From contig OZ024740.1 of assembly GCA_964016885.1 (NCBI GenBank), positions 345,030,001 to 345,094,000 on the forward strand: 64,000 nucleotides of DNA. The letters run 5' to 3'. Shown in pieces: positions 57,095 to 64,000 of the stretch; the first letter of the stretch is position 1, and each line of letters opens with the position of its first letter. Below the pieces are notes generated by a model. It was not told the DNA's origin. It made no database searches and saw only the letters and a list, made by a program, of their open reading frames with translations. Position numbers and translations under genes: made by a program. This stretch comes from Eledone cirrhosa. Taxonomy: Eukaryota.

Positions 57095-59185
57095 ATAATA
57101 ATAATAATGTCCGTTTACAATTGTTTCGGTTCTCCATATAATATTTCTGGATCAAATGATTATATATCATTATTGATCTGGCTCAGTTGAAAATAATTAA
57201 CATAGGTATAAATAGAGCAGCTCATCGAAACTTCAAAAGGAATATAAATTAAAATAAGGATAGAATGTTACATAAATGTAATGTTCCATATGTTGGTATT
57301 TCACTATGGTGTCCTGGGTATATCAATTGTCTGCCATAGTATAGCAGTATTCTTCTGTCGAGGCTGCATTGTGTGAGATCTGCCTATGGGTAACAAGATG
57401 GCCGCCAATGGACATATTTACCTTACTAATTAGAGGGTGGTTTCAGGGGAAGTAACTCCTCGAGAGATTAGAAATTGTGTGTAGTTTATAGTTAAGTGCT
57501 AATTTTTTAATTTTTTAATTGAGCGACAATTATAATTATTTGCTACATGTAAAAATGGGGCTAGATGACTATGCTGGGTCAAATATTCTGTTGGCGAAGG
57601 AATTAGCCCTTTAATGTTGACAGCTAATAGTTACCTCCGTTCTATCGTTAATCGGTAGAGGTCGTGATAGAGTCATGTAATATTCTTCGGTAAGACAGAG
57701 TTCACAAGATTTTCTTCGTCCATTGAACGGTTGGGCCCTAGCCAAGATATCCCATGTTAGTGAGTGTTCAATGTTGGTTAATTTAAGGTTTTTATTGAGC
57801 CTAGCTAGAGATGTCGAATATCTGTTGTTAGAGTCTCGGAAGGAAAAAGAGTGGTGCGCGTTATAGCGTACCTTAAAAGGGTTAGAGGTAGACCCGATAT
57901 ATGAGCTGGTCTGCCAAGCAGTTTTAACCGTGCACCTATAGACTATGTTGGGTGTCAGGCAATGTCCATTTAGTGGGCATGCATTAGGGTAACGGCAGTT
58001 GCAGTTACTCCTGCGGTTAGTGAGAGTAGGGTTGTTTAACCTAAGCGGTTGGTCAGTGCTAGAAGGATTAGATGGGGGAGGTGTGCTACTAGAGTAAGTA
58101 TTGGTGTAGTGGCGTGGTGTATTTGATGGGGGTGGTGTTACCGCGGTGTGGGAGTTATACTGTCTTAGTTTATGATGGTTACTGAATGCGATGTGGCTAG
58201 CTAGGTTAGGTGTTGTGGAGAATGAGATTTTAATGTTATTTGTATTAAAGAGTTTGTAATATCTATGGTTGGGGGGTGGATGTTTAGATAGGATAGAGAA
58301 GAAGCGTTTATGGATATTAGTGGCTAGATTAGATTAGAATGGAGGGTTAAGCCAGGTGATATTTCTAGGCCTATTCCTTTTAGGGGTTCTAGTGGAGTTG
58401 GTAGGGGCCTTCATAGGGCTATTATTACCTGGGCATTTGTTATTTGTCATCCCATTGCTCATTCCTATTCTAGGGTTGATTTTTAATTTGCTACTTGGAA
58501 GCAGGCCACTGCCACTATTATGGTTCCCTGTATAAGTGCTGTTATTGCTAAAATTCCGGCGAATCTGACTATATGCTAAGGTATTTCTAGTTCTAGTGTT
58601 AAGTTTATTATGGTTGCGGTGAATTGCTGTGTTATGGTATTTAGGTATGTAGTAAATGGACTGTTCATAACCAGATTCAGAAAGAGCCTTATTATAATAT
58701 GCTGCATGGTTTATAAATATCTCCTCATTTGCTGATAGCATGGAGATCCTATATGAGATACATTTGATTACTGCTCTGATGACTGCCGGTGGGTGGTTAG
58801 AGAGTGGGCTAATATATGTAAGATTTCACCTGATTTATGGTAAGGGTAATATAGGTTTTATTGTTAAGATCCAGGGTAACGTCTAGGAAGTTTACTACTT
58901 TATGGTTCGGCTCGATGGTGATAGAGAGACCGTTATTTATAAAGAATCTGTGTAATTGATATTTGAGCAAGTCAATGCCTCTATTAGAGCAATTGTGGAC
59001 TGTAAATAGGGCGTCGTCCCTATATATTCCGCTTTGCAAGGGCTGGATTTCGGGTCTGATGTTATGTAATAGGTAAATTCCAACTAAATGGGTGATTTGC
59101 GCAGATCAATAATGATATATAATCATTTGATCCAGAAATATTATATGGAGTAGCGAAACAATTGTAAACGTACATTATTATTATT
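57095..59185 (-). mobile_element. 5'-truncated PLE (YRDD-type RT + C-terminal GIY-YIG, tentatively Hydra clade) with inverted pLTR piece 59062-59185
   Basis: GIYRDDA, VNFLDVTLDL, SNHPP, RNITWLNPPF, CNCRYPNACPLNGHCLTPNIVY..YIGST..FKVRY, CELCLTE; inserted in (TAA)n. Confidence 0.9.
57113..57233 (-). ncRNA. Degenerate hammerhead with ~95-nt stem II domain
   Basis: GTT-tcGATGA-GCTGCTCTAT...ATGGAG(TAGC in the 59150 copy)-GAAA-CAATTG-TA-AAC. Confidence 0.65.
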
Positions 59186-59194
59186 ATGAGTTCG

Positions 59195-59505
59195 ACGGAT
59201 TGGCGGTATTGGTAGAGTGTCGGATGCCATGCTTTGGCGCATAGAGTTACGACCCTTGCCATTCTGAGTTCAAATCCCGCCGAGGTTAACTTTGCCTTTC
59301 ATCCTTACGGGGTCGATAAAATAAAGTACCAGTAATGCACTGAGTAATTGCTGGCCTTGTGGCTAACATAAAAACAATTATTATTATGAGTTCAAATCCC
59401 GCCGAGGTTGACTTTGCCTTTCATCCTTAAGGGGTCGATAAAATAAAGTACCAGTAATGCACTGGGTAATTGCTGGCCTTATGCCTAAAGTAGAAACAAT
59501 TATTA
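59195..59505 (+). mobile_element. Two tandem SINE family 1 copies (full 59195-59385; 5'-truncated 59387-59505)
   Basis: A box TGGCGGTATTGGTAGAG, B box GAGTTCAAATCCC; body repeated twice. Confidence 0.85.
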
Positions 59506-59620
59506 TTATTAATATTTTTATTAATATCCTCTACATTCCTTACATCAAACTAAATTATGTTGACAATCTTTTAATAATGTCTTCCTTGTGAAATCTGTGG
59601 TCTTGTTTTGCTTAACTAAT

Positions 59621-59656
<36 letters not shown>

Positions 59657-59719
59657 ATTTAGAGTTTTCACTCAGGAGTCAAATACAATTATTAAGCTCT
59701 AAGAAATATTTCTGAGCAG

Positions 59720-60412
<693 letters not shown>

Positions 60413-60426
60413 TATAAGTAAAACGT

Positions 60427-60705
60427 GCAGGCACGTGGCCTAGTGGTAAGAGTGTTGGACTTACGATCATAATGTCGTGAGTACGATTCCTGGGTTGCGT
60501 GTTGTGTTCTTGAGCAAAGCACTTCATTTCACATTGATCCAGTATGTTGAAAATGAATACAAGCATTGGCTGGGGGTTTAACCCTGCGATGGACGGGCGT
60601 CCTGTCCAGGGGTGGTGGGGGAGTATTGTACTCCCAGTCGCTTCACGCCATGAAACCGGGATAAGCACCGGCCAAATGAGTCTTCTGGGTTAAGACAGAC
60701 GGACA
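60427..60705 (+). mobile_element. tRNA-derived SINE family 2
   Basis: A box GTGGCCTAGTGG, B-box-like GTACGATTCC, body TGTGTTCTTGAGCAAAGCACTT and AACCCTGCGATGGAC..GTCCAGGG, (GACA)n-like tail. Confidence 0.8.
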
Positions 60706-60725
60706 GACTATAAATAAAACAATTT

Positions 60726-61166
60726 GTGTTTGAATTTCTTTTTAATTGAAAAAAGGGGCTCACGAAGGCTTTTTTTTGGTTGGTTATAAAAAAGCCTTCG
60801 TGAGCCACCTTTTTTTTAAGTAAAGAAATTCAAACACACACACACACAACACACACACGCACACACACACAAGCACACAAATAAACATACATATCTTTAC
60901 TTTCTTTATTCAATAGAAAATCTGAATTCTGACACCCCAGCGAACTAACCATATTCACTGAACCAGAACAATTCTCCCATCCCTTTCTCTTGACCATTAT
61001 CTTTCACTTATCAAAAAATTCTCTAAAAAGGCTACAGAATGGATTTCCAAATAAGGGCACGAAAATTTAATGAAAACATGTGCACGTGACAACCATAATT
61101 TCATTTATAACCAACCCAAAAAAGCCTTCGTGAGCCCTTTTTTCAATTAAAAAGAAATTCAAACAC
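60726..61166. repeat. Nested inverted repeats of an unclassified element
   Basis: GTGTTTGAATTTCTTT..GGCTCACGAAGGCTTTTTT with reverse complements at 60788-60837 and 61104-61165. Confidence 0.7.
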
Positions 61167-61387
61167 TCATATATGAAAAAACAACCTGTGACAACCCCCC
61201 CCCCCCCCTCTTATATGAAGAACTATTGTAACGCGAACTGGCGCGAAATTTATTATAATTATTGACAAACCAATCAAATTACTTCTCGAAAAACCTGACA
61301 TTTCGAGCCACTTTTTCCATATAAAACAAGTAACATTCAGAGACCAACCAGATGTGAGAAAAACCGCAGACCCTCCATCTCAACTCA

Positions 61388-61425
61388 CCTTTTGGAAAGC
61401 AGAAGAACTGCGAAACCGGTAAAGG
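61388..61425 (+). ncRNA. Second U3-A8 hammerhead copy (A6->G)
   Basis: CCTT-TTGGAAA-GCAG-aagaa-CTGC-GAAA-CCGG-TA-AAGG. Confidence 0.65.
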
Positions 61426-61519
61426 AACCAAATAAATATATATATTTTTTTTAAAAATAAGACTCCTGTTGCATTTTCGATTTCATCTCTTTTTCTTTAT
61501 ATATATATATGGGTGGAGG

Positions 61520-61900
61520 TGACGATTGTATATCAATTAATATACGATATGTTTGCGAATAAACATTTGAAAGCTTTTAGCTACGAATTTTATAGGCGAT
61601 GACTAACGTCATCTACTCTGTTCCAGGTGTAATCTCCATATGCAAATGAGGCTAATCAGTCCTTATACGTAAGCGGAAAATATATATGTTCATGGCTTAT
61701 ATTGACTTCCAGTAAGAAGCAGGGAAGGGGCGCGTCATTTTGACAGCGTTCAGGGAACCAGAAACAACTGTCGCTTGATTTCTCTTGCATCTTCTTGAAA
61801 AAGGTAGATGACGTTAATCATCCTCTTTACAATTCTTAAGTAAAGGCTTTGAAATGTTTATTTTTAAACATATTGTATATTATTCGGTATACAACCCTCA
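61520..61900. mobile_element. MITE-like element with ~95-bp imperfect inverted termini
   Basis: ..ATAAACATTT.AAAGC..GATGA.TAACGTCATCTAC / GTAGATGACGTTAATCATC..GCTTTGAAATGTTTAT. Confidence 0.55.
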
Positions 61901-62031
61901 TAAAGACGTATGTATACAGCTATGTTGAAGCTGCTATCGTTCTATTTCTAATTATATATACATATCACCATTTCCTCACTATATATTTTAGAAAACATAT
62001 TTTCACTAGCTCCGACAGTTAGCAATATACT

Positions 62032-62072
62032 GCATTGAAGAAGGGTAATCACCCAGAAACATTAGTGTCTGC
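62032..62072 (+). ncRNA. Hammerhead motif with C3->U
   Basis: GCA-TTGAAGA-aGGGT-aatc-ACCCa-GAAA-CA-ttag-TG-TC-TGC; GUC cleavage triplet. Confidence 0.65.
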
Positions 62073-62219
62073 TGTTCTGTTTACATGCCAATACAAGAGC
62101 AAGAATGGTACTGTCATGGCTTAAAAAGAGACCATTTGCATAATTGTAAACTAATCGATTATTATTATTAGTATTCGAAAACCTCAGATTACATTTATTG
62201 TATTCTGCGATATAGAGCG

Positions 62220-63030
<811 letters not shown>

Positions 63031-63034
<4 letters not shown>

Positions 63035-64000
63035 ATAAGTTATCGAGAATCGCATTTCGGCCCACGAAATGACGAAAAACAACCTCCGAGATGTGCGGCA
63101 AGTGCTCAATGATTCAGAAGAACCAGAGCTATAACAAACGTTAAAGGCCAAACACACTGAGACGATGCTTAAACAATCATTCGCATAGCCAAAAAAACGA
63201 TCAAGTAATTCGGGTATTGAAAATTTACCCGGACCCCTGGAAGTTTGGTAAAATCCAGTATATGGGTTTCTGCGGCTCCTAAATCTAGTACTGTCCGCTT
63301 ACATATATACTGTCAGGCTTCTGGTAAGATGATTGAACAAGGAAGCCACTTTCTCAACAGGTTTTAGTTCAATGTTAATACAAGGACTGACTATTGATGA
63401 CCCCACGTGGGGATCGGCAAGGGAGGCAACCCCTATATCTGGCGAATGAATTCAGTTGTGTATATTCTTGCAAGAATGCAAAAACATCACAAATCGAATA
63501 GAGTTCTCAACAGAAGGGTTAAAATTAACATAAGCTATTCATCAGTCAATAGAATCAACTAAAAAATCAACAAAATTAACTGGTCAATAGCTAGAGTCTG
63601 GAGAATAATACAAACATAAATTATCGAGATTCGCATTTCGGCCCACGAAATAACGAAAAACAACCTCCGAGATGTGCGGCAAGTGCTCAATGATTCAGAA
63701 GAACCAGAGCTATAAAAAATGTTAATGGCCAAACACACTGAGACGATGGTTAAACAATCATTCGCATAGCCAAAAAAACGATCAAGTAATTCGGGTATTG
63801 AAAATTTACCCGGACCCCTGGAAGGTTGGTAAAATCCAGTATATGGGTTTCTGCGGCTCCTAAATCAAGTACCGTCCGCTTACATATATAATATCAGGCT
63901 TCTGGTAAGATGATTGAACAAGGAAGCCACTTTCTCAACATGTTTTAGTTCAATGTTAATACAAGGACTGGCTATTGCTGACCCCACGTGGGGATCGGCA
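63031..64000 (+). repeat. Head-to-tail tandem of the family A repeat (581-bp period), runs off the window
   Basis: AAACATAA.TTATCGAGA.TCGCATTTCGGCCCACGAAAT at 63031 and 63612; the units are highly similar. Confidence 0.85.

Noticed and set aside
60427-60495. tRNA gene
   Set aside because: Degenerate cloverleaf and B box, continuing into a SINE body; it is a SINE head.

Overview
AT-rich, microsatellite-saturated animal genomic DNA. The recurrent tRNA-derived SINE and the repeat mix suggest an octopus/cephalopod genome (inference). I recognise no intact host protein-coding gene, and most ORFs in the track are (TA)n/(TG)n artefacts. The window is a transposon graveyard: Penelope-like elements (PLEs; RT and GIY-YIG remnants at 7.6-8.9, 18.7-22.3, 42.5-43.5 and 57.1-59.2 kb), a near-full-length but disrupted RTE LINE with three C-terminal zinc fingers (51.8-55.9 kb), two ~610-bp bipartite RTE derivatives, R4-, CR1-, CRE- and RTE-like fragments, mariner/Tc1 remnants and many SINEs. 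The main hidden signal is more than 20 type-I hammerhead ribozyme motifs, intact or degenerate, from roughly a dozen sequence families. They sit in short PLE pseudo-LTR pieces inserted into (TA)n, often as inverted repeats. They include non-canonical cores (U3-A8 covariation, U4A), palindromic stem III and very long stem II, and one family forms a 502-bp ribozyme-delimited tandem mini-PLE. All RNA structures were folded by eye and need computational or experimental confirmation.
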